Source: Amphiscolops sp. MND2022 (lineage: Eukaryota). From it: a stretch of 64,000 nt of DNA. The notes under the pieces were generated by a model. It was given only the letters and a program-made list of their open reading frames with translations, did not search any database and had not been told where the DNA came from. Positions 1 through 12,795 of this stretch are shown here, piece after piece. A program made the translations under genes and the position numbers. Numbering within the stretch: the stretch's first letter is position 1; every line of letters begins with the position of its first letter. The stretch is from contig OZ076409.1 in assembly GCA_964187785.1 (NCBI GenBank), positions 43,650,001 to 43,714,000 on the forward strand, written 5' to 3'.

Positions 1-291
1 GAAACTGCTAGATGTAAAAACTCTGATTGGCCGAATCCGGCCGTTTCCACCAAAAATAGAGCAAAGTTCTCGGCGAATCTGTCCGAAAGACAGGAAAAGG
101 ATACAAACGTTTCGGAAAGACATTCCACTAATGAAAACGATGCACAAAATTCTCCAAAAGAGGGGGATGATGTTGTCGTTCCCGAAATATCCCAAAACGA
201 TGATAGAAATGAAAGTCTGAGCCCTAGAGAAGGGAAATATAATCTCAGGCCTAACCCTAATCCTAACTACTCAGAAGATTTCAGATACTAA
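1..291 (+). mobile_element. 3' end of an ORF running in from the left edge; possibly the C-terminal tail of a Gypsy-type pol/integrase
   Basis: Frame 1 is open from base 1 to TAA at 289-291; low-complexity polar tail ending GKYNLRPNPNPNYSEDFRY. A terminal Y-x-L-R motif is common in Gypsy integrase tails. No catalytic motif is visible in the window. Confidence 0.35.
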
Positions 292-519
292 GAAATGGAT
301 TCTTCCCGAAAATGGGAATTCTGTTGTTTTTTATCTTTCATTTTTTGGTCCCCTTTTTAGTGTTTTGAATAAATAAGTGGGCACTTCAACAAGGATCCCG
401 TTGCAGAGCGAATAAAAATGGGCTCAAGAAATCAAAACAAAAGAAAATAACAATCAATAAATACAAACAGAAAATGGACAAAGTTTACAGTTCAAGTGTA
501 CATATATACATATGCACAG

Positions 520-3500
520 TTAGTCATTAGAACTGCCGGCACTGGGATCCACTAGAACAGAGGAAGAACTTGATAGGAAAAGGCGGCTCCTATCCATCCG
601 CCTCCGCTTGCTGTCACTAGGCAGTTTAACAGCAGGTGCAACATTTACGTGCAACTTCAGTATCAACAATTGCAGCACTCTTAGCACACTCATCTGACCC
701 AAAGATAGCAGAACGATGGGAAGACATAAGGGATTTGTAAATGGACGAGCGTCCAAAAGTGTCCACATATGTCCATGGGTCATAATCAGGGGTAAATCCA
801 GACTGTCCAAACGAAGCTGGCTGAGAGAAAAGAGAATTTGTCGAGAATGACATCGGAACAACAGAGACCTAAGGAATCAGGAACCTCGGACAAATAACTC
901 TGGCAGGGTAACACTACATCTGCTACTCGGGCCTTTGGTATCTTTTTTCCCATGACTACGGCTGGGTACTGAGGACTAGCGGAAATCAGGCATAAACAGC
1001 ATAGTTTGAAGAGGTAACAATTATGCTCATGTGAATGAAAGAACGCCAACTAAATTAGAAACTCTACAAGGTCAAGGGGTCCACTAGTAAGGCTAAAGTC
1101 AGAAGAATGGTTCGTCCGGAGGTAGTCCAAAATTGCTAGGTACTCATCCCTGCAGGAGGCCTCGTTTGTAGCCGAAACAAAGGAGCGTAGCTGAAAAGTC
1201 GAGTATAGATTGCCGAAATGACGAAGGGCCACCTCGGTGGGTCTCTTTAACATGATATGAGGGTCGAACGCTGCCAACCCTTTGACGATATCGGAACTGA
1301 GACCAGTGTGCTGAAGAACAACCCGCAGTAAATATTCGATGAATCTTTTAGCGCTGGTAACAAAGTCAGTCTTGGCCGCCTCAGCTGTCTTATCGATGGC
1401 CGCTTTGCTGGACTTTTTGTTGAAATTAAGCCCGGCAGCCTTCAAATTACTGGCAGCAGCCACCTCATTGGTCATCTTAAGTCGAATCAAGAACTCGTCT
1501 TCTTCCATGAAAATTTTCTCACTGGTCCTGTAGTCCAAATGGCGGAACCAAGCATTCTCGAGAGGGACTGTATCAGGGATTGTAGCCTCCCGTCTTTGTG
1601 CAAGATTGGTGGCAAAACTTGAAACGTCTGAAACATAGAACCAAGAGTCCAAAACCGGACAATCGACTGAAACGTTTTGAGATGTGGTATACTTACAATC
1701 ACTGACGAGGCGTTGGAAGAATTCTAGTCTGACAGCGAATAAATCGTCGGATATCAAGGACCACTCGAAACTTTGGACCTTGTTGTGGACCCCTTGGTTC
1801 TCTTGTCGGCGGGAATGGACCGTCAGATAGCGAAGGACTGCTTTCCACCGCTTGAGCAAGTCCTGGCATAGGTCAGGGAGTTTGTCAACTTCTAGCTTGC
1901 AGGTAGCTACAGCCTAAGCAGGTGTTATGACAAAAGGGCGGTCCTGTCTTTTTAATCCCTATCCATCCCCTTCCGTTCTCACATCAAAGCAGAGCAAAGG
2001 TATACTAACTCGGGTAAGCTCAGGGGTTTCAAGAACCCAGTTTTCTGTGGTGGACCCCCAAGTGAGACGAGAAGGCACTGTAGAACGGAGAACATGTCAT
2101 TTCGTCCGAACACGCTATAACTCGACTTGTGCATCAGAGACTGTAGATCAAGCTGTTCGAAACGGAAACAGCTCTGGACGCCTCGTGGGAAGGAAGGATG
2201 CTGGTCTATCGCTCGTATGAAGTCAATTGCACATCCTGAGCAGGTAACCATGTCGGGACCGGTTGACACCACTGACAGCAGACGTGACAGGGAGCCCAAT
2301 TCGCCAGTAAGCCCATTGGTTGGAAGTGCATTTCGACAGATAAAAACTCTGCAAAGCTTGGTCCCTTTCCAAAAGCGTAGAACATCAGACGGTTCGTTCC
2401 TTTGTCTTCAAACTCAATGGAGAAATGCTGAGTTGAAGCCATTCGCTCCGCAATGTCCTCCATGACACAATTGAAGATGTGTTGGAATAAGGCCTGAAAT
2501 GGGAAATAATGGTCAATAGTACTAGCCCATAAGTATATACTCACGTACATATACACATTCATATGTACGTACACATGCAAGTGACAAACCAAAATAAACA
2601 AATCATGCTTACCGTTATTCTCTCTTCGCTCCAATCAAAATCATGGAAAGCAGCTTGGTAATCTGTAAAAGACCCAACTCGTGACCACAATTTTCGGAGT
2701 ATGGCAATATCTCCCTCTCTTCGGATGAAATCTCCAATAAGACAAACTTGGCCCGCGATTGAGGAGTCACTAAGGCTGTGGTACTTCCTTTGAGGTAGTC
2801 TTCGTAGAAGGGAAACCTTTCTCCTATGTCGATGAGGTCTTTGTGGATGAATTTGGGGAGCTACTGCGCCAATTCAACCTGGCTAAGACTTTTCACATTT
2901 CTACCTCTGACTCTGTGCTGGAAATTACCCGTAACAGGGTTGATGCTTTTGAGATGCTCGTAGCGCCATCGCTGATATCTTCAGAGGTGTTTCTCAGTCC
3001 TGTGATGCCTCAGTATTTCAACCACATTTTTGGCCTTCACTGAGAAATTGTCTTTGCACTTGTGGCACCAGACCATGTGAGGATTGTGGAGCGGGTCCGC
3101 AGGTCCGGATATGAAGGACCGCGTCCACCCAATCTTCCATAAGAATTCCTCTCGCATGGGCACTCTCGTTTCTGCATTCTTTTAGGCCTAGTCGTTCTCT
3201 TGGCCTGCCTTTTTTTGGGCCCGTACTCGAGTCCGGAACTGCTCAACCTTAGAGGGGACTGTAGCTTGAGTTCCCTTAACGGCCCCACTCACCTTTTTTT
3301 CCATGGTTGAGCAAGTCATGCTGATGGCCTCATCGGTTAGAACCCGCAGCAAGTGGAAAATTTGAGGTTCAGTGAAAGCCACCGTCCTGTGTCCCACTGG
3401 GAAGGTGTAGGGGTCCTATGTTTCAAAATATAGATTTAAAATAGCCCTACTGCGGCCCGATAACTTTCTCAGTGGCTCTTCCTGTGGTTGTACGGTCATT

Positions 3501-4874
3501 TTGGATGACCCTTGTTGATTGGCAGAATAGCTTTCGACTTCAGTTTCTACGTCTCTCTCAGACCCAAGCTCGGAGCAGACAGGAATTGCACCGTAAAGAG
3601 GTGGGGAGGTCGTCCTGGTTAGATCTTCCTCCAGTTGCGTGAGCATCGCTGTGGTCTATAGGGATTCTGATTCGAGTTGTTCCTCCTGCCAGTGGGGGAG
3701 GTCCCCTAAATGTTGAAGAGGAGACTTCTTCAGTTTGAAGGAAGCATATATCTGCCTCTTCTCTCCACATGTCAGTTGTGAGGTGCAGTTCTGGAAGCTC
3801 GGCATGAGTTGTTTCCGCTATCTGCAGGATTGATTCAAGCTGGGACAGGCTTGCAGCTTCAGATTGGCCCTGGTCAGGTGGAGTCGGTGTGCTTGTTCTT
3901 CTTGACTCGGGAAGTTGTGTGGTAGGCAAGTCCTCCGAGTCATTTGGCACCCCAAGCTCATCCCTAGCGAGATCTTTTACTTCCGACTGTGCAACTTCTA
4001 TTTCCATCCGCTGGACCATCTCACCAGCATTAGCGGTAACGTCCACATTGCTCTCTGTGCTGAATGGGGAATCAGTCAAGTTTCGGACCTGGCTAGTTGA
4101 GATTCTTATTGGAGGAAATGGAGGTGGAGAAGCAACTGGAGCCCCGTTCGTACTAGAGGTGGTAGTCGGAACCACTGTCTGTTCAGACCGTGCTGGAGTA
4201 TTCTCTTCAACGTTGGTTGGATTCTGATGTTCATCTGCGTTCTGGTTCTCTAAACAGAAAGAGATGAAATTTGGCGCTTAGCTGTCTCGAAAGAAAACCA
4301 TATTGCCGCATTAGAAAACGTTCGGAAGTGTTTTGAAAGCTTTGAACGGAACGTGTTGTCACGTGTTCACTGGTGGAATCAGGAAGCACCTTGTGAACAA
4401 TATTTAACCCTGATCAAGTTATATTAGTTCAAACTGAAAATCCAAATCAATCTGTGTTAGAAGACATTCCGCAGTGAGGAAAAATCCCTCCGGGTAGCAA
4501 TCCTTAAAGTCCTGATGAAGTTGAGGGAAATAACCGAGCTCGGCAGGAAGGGGACAACGTTGGACTGATCCAGGAAAGAAGTTAGCAAAAGCAGTTGGTG
4601 ACGAAAATTGAAGGATGACGTAAAGACAAATTCAAACAACATGGAATATGAACGATCACAGAATTGAAAAGTGATAGTCTGGGGGAAAACTGAAAGTTGG
4701 AGATCGTGGCTGAAGAAAATTACTAGATTAAAATTTTAAGGTTACCTACACATTTAAAATTGTACATGGAGTCTGCCAGCGAAGTGTACAGGAAACCTTC
4801 CGTTATTTACAGTTTAGTTAGTTAGAGGCCGATTACGGCCGCTTACCTTGTTTCGTTTTGGCGTTTCGTTTCAT
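520..4874 (-). pseudogene. Spliced, decayed gene: disordered N-terminus + BED/TTF-like Zn finger + hAT-transposase-like (ZNF862-type) body
   Basis: Exon 1 ATG at 4874 (MKRNAKTKQ) ends at a GTAAGC donor (4846) and joins in frame to a tttctgtttAG acceptor (4250). A second GTAAGC..tttcAG intron lies at ~2612-2495. Zn finger WTRSF..VWCHKCKDNFS..ILRHHRTEKH at ~2985-3130. After intron 2, CVMEDIAERMASTQHFSIEFED resembles the hAT first-Asp strand; LAAFDP and LFKLCCLCL resemble the hAT C-terminal region. Many stops and frameshifts (ORF pieces 3558-4175, 3416-3646, 2981-3163, 1979-2299, 1050-1859, 786-1049). Confidence 0.55.
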
Positions 4875-5348
4875 TATCCTCATTGTTTTAGTTAGAATAT
4901 CCGCCATTTCGGGTTGTTTTTAGTTATGATTTTCGCCATTTAATTTATTCATTTTGATTTTATCAATGGACAATTTTGATTGGCGAAAGCCATTTTGAGA
5001 AAGATCGGTGGCGCATGCCGTTAATTGCCTACGAGCGACCTGTTAATTACCCACTCGAGACGAGTGTATTTGATATTAACAGCACAAGCGTCATTCGTAC
5101 CTCTTCGAATGATGGTGCTGATGAGGGGTGAATATTGGATTATCAAAGGATGCCGACTATCTATGGAATTCTTTCCAAGAAAAGTTTACGTCGTATCAGG
5201 AGTTTCAACCGCCAAATTAAAATTTTCGGGAAAAGCCACCCAATTTGGTATGCTTCAGGATTTGTAGTGATTTCATTCTACTCTAAAGCCTTGCCTAATT
5301 CAGTCGCATCTTGAAGTTCTAAAATTGCTAGGATGGTTTTGTCTTAAA

Positions 5349-6138
5349 ATGCAGAAGTTTAACTTGTCTAGAAAGCTTTTCGACTTTAAGGAACAAGACT
5401 CTGACCGTTCAATGGACTCAGTCATATACATATCCAGCGACAGTGAGGACGATGTGTCGGATTTCTGGGATTCAGAGTGGTCTACGGACACAGATGCGCT
5501 AATCAACAGGATAAAGCGCGAAGTTAAATTAAGCCCAATTCTCATTGGGGGACGTGCTATAACCGTGGAGGGACCTTACGATGAGATGGTGGCTGGTCCT
5601 AGTAACTCACAGCCGGGTCCGTCCTCTACCCCGAAGTTGGGCCCGAAGTATTTTGACAAGAAGTTGTTCTACGCGCCACCCAAGGAAGTAAAGAACACCA
5701 AGATAGAGCTTTGCAAGACTTTGCTCACCATCCTAGAATCTCCCATGTCTCCTCCTGCTCATGAGAGAGGGCCTCCGCAGGACGTTCCTCAACTGCAGTC
5801 TATGGATACGGGCTTCCACGCTTCTTATCATATTCAAGGCTCACAGCCGCATGCGGACCTAAGCAGCCAGAGGTGCCTCGATTGCATGGTGTGTGGCAGG
5901 TCTGTAGACGAAATCCAAGAGCAAAAAAACAAGATGGTACATGGAAAGATCTACGCCACGAGGAGAACCGGCTTACGTTACGAACATCAGGCGGGAAGCT
6001 TATATGAACGGTCTCAATGCCGGCAGTTTGCTTTTCTTGGCACCCGCAGTGCCGCAGGATGCCGCCTGTGACGGTACCAGCATTACGACTACGACTTCCG
6101 GGCAAGAGGCCGTATTCAGCACTTTACCGATATTTTAA
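5349..6138 (+). pseudogene. Unknown ORF with acidic N-terminus and CxxCxxC motif, frameshifted in an A-run; divergent from the hAT-like gene
   Basis: ORF 5325-6071 (ATG 5349; SSDSEDD..., CLDCMVC) switches frame at the A-run ~5923-5929 into ORF 5941-6138. GC content is higher than in the flanks. No family recognised. Confidence 0.4.
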
Positions 6139-6171
6139 AAAAACTGTCATTATGAATAATCTTTTTTTTTG

Positions 6172-6770
6172 AAAACCGCTGGGCTTTGTTTTTGACATTG
6201 GAGGAGTTCAGGATTTGTTGCTTCCTGAATGCAAAACAATGTTTGCTAAGCCTTGAATGTAACATTTTTTGCTGGTGGTGTTTGTAGTTGTTGAATTTTT
6301 TTGGCTTAGATCGATAGACAATCAAACACGAGTTTTCTACATTTTCCCAAGAATGATTTCTTCAGTACTTATAGATATGTGTACCTCAGATCGTTGAAAA
6401 ACCGGAAACCTGAAGATCCTTTACTGAGCACATTTCTCGTATTTACCTTTCGAAACCTCATTTTGCCCATTCAAAGTCAATTTCTGAGCGTGTGTTGTCA
6501 CAAAGTAGGCGTCGGTTGTCTATAAGGATATTTTAGTATAAAAATTCTTCGTTTTTGCAGTTTTGGAACTACAGATTTTTTTGACAGATGCTTCGCAGCA
6601 ATCTGATTTACACATGGTTCTATATTTCAGGTAACGATTGTGTGGCCTCTGTTACCGAGACTTGCAAGAAACTTCTTCGAAAACCGTTGGAATCTGTTTT
6701 CGACCTTGAAGGAGTTCAGGATTTGTTGCTTCCTAATTGTTAAACATTGTTTGCAATGCCTTTGAATTGC
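6172..6770. repeat. Two diverged ~90-bp direct repeats ~510 bp apart
   Basis: aaaccg..ttgacattggaggagttcaggatttgttgcttcct..tgtttgc at ~6172-6260 recurs as aaaccg..tcgaccttgaaggagttcaggatttgttgcttcct..tgtttgc at ~6680-6770. Confidence 0.6.
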
Positions 6771-9700
6771 TGTATTTCTCAATTTTGAAGTATTTCCTTT
6801 ATAATCATTCTAATTCAGATTCACTTTTTATTCTTTTTTCAAATCGCTATTAGTAGAGGTTTCAGCTTTCTAAGTAATCGTAGAGAAAATTCATTTTTCT
6901 AGCCTAGTTACAATGTTGAGAAAGTTTTTAACGTGTTTTTACACTTGCGCTGACGTTCGCGAAAACAAATGCAGGGACTTTTTTCAAAAAAATTGCAGGT
7001 TGCAGCGACTTTTTTCAATGCGCAGTGAAATGCTGTCAGGATTTTCCATGCTGCAATGTAATTTTACAAGTTTTTTCCCTGCGCGCAGTCTGAATTTTCT
7101 ATGTTTTATAAAAATTAGCCTGCGTGCATTCCTGCAACATGTGAAAAGTCACGGCAGTTTCGTCTTGTAGGGAACCATTATGAGCTTTCTTGAAACAAGG
7201 CACCACGAAGCTTTTCGTTGGAACTATTATACCAACGACCTATTTTCAGGTATGAGCGTAGTCAATAAAAGAGAGTTGCGGAAACAAAGAGACTTTTCAC
7301 ACTTTTTGGTTCATTTTATATTTTTCTTGACAAAACTTGAAATTTCTCAAAGATATGCTAAGTAGCTAATTGATTTGTCGTTGAACTAGTAGATATTATA
7401 AATCTAAAAACGTCCAAAAAAGTCACACAGTAATGAAAAAGTTCGTATCAAGTTTTGGAATTTGCATGAAACTCAAAGAAACAAAAGAGGGTGTCACTCT
7501 GCACCCACTCATAAAAAATTTTTGCAAGTTACACATTGCCGACGAAACATTTATAGACTTCTAGATTGCATAAAAGATTCGGAAATTGAAGAAGGGGCCG
7601 TCGTAGCAAAACGTGAATTACTTGGGTGAGAAGTCAAAAACTCAGATATAGTGTGCTGTTGTTTCTTTTTCGGAAGGAAACGAAACATCGAAACTGATAA
7701 GATTTGAACTTTCGCATCCTTGGCAGTAAAAGGCAAAATCCATTTTCGTTTCGGATATAACGTCACAAATTCTGATTTAGAATTTCGCATACTTACATAG
7801 GACAAGACGCCCGCTGACAAGCAGGAAGTTTTCCGTCCAGCATTGGTATATGTTTGAGGCCCAAGAGTAGCCATTGCACTATGCAAACGCATAGAAGTTT
7901 TTGATATTGTCATCTCTTTTCAGAAGGAAACATTTCAAGAACGCAATGAACACCTGTTTGATTTTTGACGGCCTGTGTGGATACCAAAACCTAACCAATC
8001 AGTAGTTTCTAATTTTGCATGAAAAGTTATCAAAGTGTCAAAAGTTGGAAATTTTTGATTTTTCGACAACTTTGAGGTCAATTGAGGCAAGAAACTCTAG
8101 ATGTCTTTTCAAACACGCCTATTGAATACCGGGTCTAGTCGTTGTTGAAATACGAAATTGCTCGAATGGTTCCCAAAAGATTATATAAACATTTCCGAAT
8201 ACATCTCCAAAAACATGAAAATTTTGCATTTTATGCAAAATTTAGGTCGCTATCACGAATGTTTTTACATACAAATTTGTAAAAAATCCAACATTCTGCA
8301 TGCCAATTTGAAAAATTGAGAGTTTTCGAATATTCTGGAACTTCGGTAACTTTTAATAAAATTTCACAAATTGTAACACGACTGCCAAAAATTGTTTTTT
8401 TTTCCTCGACAATTTGGGGAACTTTTCGAAGCTCTTTTGTAACGTGAAACTGCAATTGACCTTCTAAAAGCCCACTGGATAAGGCAGTTGCAACTGATTT
8501 TCGAACGGTTTACTGTCTTTTGCGTTTGTTTGCTGTCTCATTTTTCTAACACACGAAATATTCAACCGGACTAGTTTTTCGGAAAAAATTGATATTTTTG
8601 ATTCCTTTGGATCAATCTCAGATGACGATCCACAAAGATAACTACAAAGTTTTCCTTCAAAATTTGTACTGCATAGCTTGATATATCTTTTGAAGCTTCA
8701 GGAACACCTAATTCACAAAAAATTCACAAAGAATCACTAAAACTGACAAAAAAGAAAAAGTTTTATATTTTGAACTATTTTGGATCCTTATTGAGACGTT
8801 TTCCCAACACAAATCAGCAATTATTTCCCACAAAAGCAAACTGGTTAAATTCAAATGTCGTTGAACTTTTTTATTGTTCTAACCCTCGGAACGTTTCAGA
8901 ATTTTCGCAGACGTTGCACTAAAACGTTTGTATTAGAATTTTCTTTTGTCCAACTCAGTGAGGTTGTGTTTGAAGTGTTTTTGATGTACAACAATGTGGT
9001 TTTGTCTTCAGAAAAAACTACATACCTAGTTTGTTTGCTAGTGGTTGTTTTGAACGTTCTATCTCACTTTCTAAACACGAATTTTTACGGACTTTTGGAC
9101 AGTTTTGGTTTCAAATTCAAGTAGATTTGCATCACAAAACTACATTTGTTCCATCAAAGAGCCTACTGGACAACAAATTCAATTGTTGTTGAACGATTTC
9201 AGAGTTTGAATTTATCAAAACGTTGAAACTTTTACAAAACTTACCTTAGAAAATCAAAAACTTGTGAAACAGGTTCATGATTTTTTGACTATTTCGGGGT
9301 CATTGTGGCAGTTTTTCATTGTCTCCCCCAAAAACTATATTGGACAACAAATTCATTCGTTGTTGAACGTTTGCAATTTTCTAAGCCAGCGAGTCTTTCG
9401 AAAATTAGTCAAAACTTGGATAACAACGTTCAACTCTTAAAATGTTAATGTTTTGGATTTTTGTCAATTTTGATCGGCATTGTTTTCAACACACCGCCGA
9501 CAACGAGGGATTTCCTATTCGAATGTTTTCAACATTCTTAGCTACCAAATGGTTTTTGGAAACTTATTCAAAATTCGATCAAAATGGCATGAAAACGTTC
9601 AAAACTGGAAAACTTTCCAGTTTTTGCCATTTTGAGGTCACTTTCGGCCCATTCAGGGGTGTTTGAGGCAACCAAAAAGTCCAAAAATGTCTACAAGTAC

Positions 9701-12700
9701 ATACCGCATGATTAGTAATTTTACTTCAATTGAAATATTTGAGTGAAAAATTTTGCATATAACCAACTTGGATATAAATTTGGAACATGGCAAATTTTGT
9801 AAAAAAAAAAACGTTTGATTTGAGTATTTTTCTTTTCCATATGAAATATGAACGGAAAAAGATCTTTGGGATACTTTCAACCAATCAGAAAAAGCTATTC
9901 TTATAGTACAAATGACGGAGCCAAATTGTACCTTTTTAGATTGCGTTCAAATTTTTTAGAACTACTTTGTTCAGTTCGCCTTGCTTGAAAAAAAAACGAT
10001 TTAATGCCTTCGTATGCTCAACAACCCGGGAACGCCATAAAGCAGCACCCCACTGTAAGTCAAAAAGAGCTAAGAATGTTTTAAAAGCTCTCAATTTCAA
10101 AAGTAACTGTTTTTCAAACTTGGAGATAAATGGAACCTCAAAACAGATAGGATTCGAACCTCAGCCTACTGCGTTGTTCAATGCAGTTTACTTCGGTTAT
10201 ACTGTCAATTATTCGGATATAGCGTGCTGGGCCGAACAGTACATTTCACGATTTTATGATTTTGTTGAACTTGAAATGTGTTGGAAAAATCGAAAAACAC
10301 CACGGAAAGCTTCTATTATAGTTCCGATTCTTTTAAATGTATCTCTTCTAAATATCTTATATCTTTTCGGAAATAAAAAGTTTTGGCAAATTTTGGTTCT
10401 TTCCAGGAATAGTTTTTCTCCTAAACACCAATGAGGTCTTTGAAGCGGCAAGCAGTGATAGGTTTCTTAACACGTTAACAGAGGTGGATGAATCTGCAGA
10501 AAAGGTGTATTGGTCGGGACAGGCACCTATCGCCACATTTTCATTTTGCCTCCAGGGGTGAAATACGTCCCGAGGCCGTTGGTGCTTCGACCGAATACCG
10601 TCTTCGATTGCTAATAATAACGGACAACTTTCTCCGACACTCTAAAGACCACCGTTTAACCAGCACATAAAAACAATACCAAAAATAGAGTATATTTCTA
10701 TTTCGAGGTCGACATGGAATAACGTCTAAAATTGCAAAAACTAGCTCTCGAACTAAAAACTACAGCTAATAACAGTGAAAATACATCGAATAACCTAGTA
10801 TTTTGAAGTGGGGTAGTATTTTGAAGCTCCAAAGTTATCAATTGTCGGGGCAAAATGGTTAATGACAACGAAGATCCTGCTCAAGACGAATCAGCAATTC
10901 CCAGCCATTTCACCCGGTTTCAAAAGTGAGTTCTCCCATTTATTTCAAGACCTTTCCCCAGTTTTAAAATTCACCACTTTTTGTCACCGTTCTCACGTTT
11001 TTTCAATGTTGCTTCTCAGTTTGATGCAAGGTTCCTTTGTAGGCAATTTCAACCGTTTTTAGTCGCAATTCAATCACTGTAATCGTGATTCTTTCAATAA
11101 GCAATAGTTGGTGCTATAAATTTCGATCTATCACCAGTAATGTGTATCTGAATTTATAATTCAGGAGCCACCAAAACACATCAACCAGGCAGACCACCAT
11201 CTACGAGCTGGGGCACAGGGGCTCCAAGTACCAAATAAAGGTCCCTAAATGAAAAGATTCATTTGTTTTGGTTTTGGCTACTTAGGGTAGCAAAGTCAGT
11301 GAAAACCGGTGTTCACTGCTCAGAAAGAGTCTTTCTAGTGGTTTTAACAGTCTCTACCAGCTCTGGGGCTACTTCGTTCTCGATGGGCACGCTCTGTCTG
11401 CTCCTGTCTTCGTTTTGAATCTTGGTGGAAATAGCGAAAAGAGCAATCACTGCTTAGTACTACGTCACTCATCGATTAGAATTTTCCACCAAAATTCTGA
11501 ACATGTCCAAATTCTAATTTCGACTGATTTTGGTGTATATGAGGATACCATTACAGTCGTTAAATTCGGTGGATGTTTTAATCTACGCAATAATCCTAAA
11601 TTCGTGAATTCAATGCACAAAACCCTCAAACAAAATTAGCTTTCGCTTTGAACATTCTGGAATTCCATTAGAACAAGATTCAACAATTGTTTTAAAAATG
11701 CCTAAAACGACCGATGGGAGAAAAATTCTCCTGGAAAGCGAACTACATGGCTTAACGGTTCATCGTTGAAATCTGTTGATCTCTTAACCGACCAAATTTT
11801 TCAAAAGAAGCTAAAAATTGCATGAAAACAATTTCTTTTTTTTTGAAATTTTTGTTTTTTTTCCTGATGTCATTCCGGGGGAACTTTTCTTTCAAAAACA
11901 TCCAATTTGTTTAAAAGCTTACTGGGCTGCTAATTTTTAGGAAGCAGAGCTCTGTGGGTATTTTATTTCACTAAAACGTTCAAAACTGTGCACAAGTTGA
12001 ACATAACTTATAAGAAAAAATTAGAAAAATGTGGAATTGTTTCTTTAGGTCAAGCACTTTTACCAAGATTCAATGAATATTAACTGCACAGTATTTGTCA
12101 TTTCGTGCGTCTATATAGGATGTCACTGCTATAAACTGCTCTTCTGAAGCGGCAACCAAGAAGTGAGCTAAGGAACTTATCATTTTGCGTTAAACTTTTT
12201 GAGATATTCATGCAGACGAATACATTCAAAAGTTCTATAAAATATTGAATTATTTTAGTCGAAACAAATCCTTGAAACCCTCAAATATAATTTTACTCCG
12301 TTTGTCTAAGTACAGATCGCGTTGTACTCGCGTGTAAAAAGATACACGCGTGTGAAACATTACCTTCAGAGTTAACAATTGTGAGAAAAACAGTAAAACG
12401 ACAGTTAGATTTTATATTTTAAATTGTGATTTTTCAAGAATGAGACAGAGGTTATTAAATTAAAACACATACATCGCAAGTCAAGTGTAGATAGGCATTT
12501 TAGAAGGAATAGAAAAATCGCTGTTGGAGTTGTCGAAATTGTCAAACGCTTCAATTTTTAAAAATAAATATACATGCCATGTAGATTGTTTTTAGTCCTT
12601 GTCATGCTTTCAACAAGTTTTTGGGAAAGAAACAAAGAAATGAGCTCCAATTTGTGATAATAAAGTGCTTTCATTGAGTTATGAAGATATATCAGTACAC

Positions 12701-12795
12701 AGTATTACCGCTTATTTTATTTTGGGCTTTCTTTGGTTTTTATTGAGCCAAACACTTCGGATGCAGATTCGTGGCCGTCAGAGTCATTTTTGCGT

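Noticed and set aside
250..268. Telomere-like (CCCTAA)n here and at ~42108-42128
   Set aside because: Only 2-3 imperfect units; the first simply encodes PNPNPN.
7551..7913. 120-aa minus-strand ORF as a gene
   Set aside because: No recognisable motif or splice context; lies in AT-rich repeat-like DNA.
10145..10240. tRNA gene or SINE on - (B-box GGTTCGAATCC at 10150-10160)
   Set aside because: No convincing A-box or cloverleaf could be folded; at most a degraded SINE fragment.
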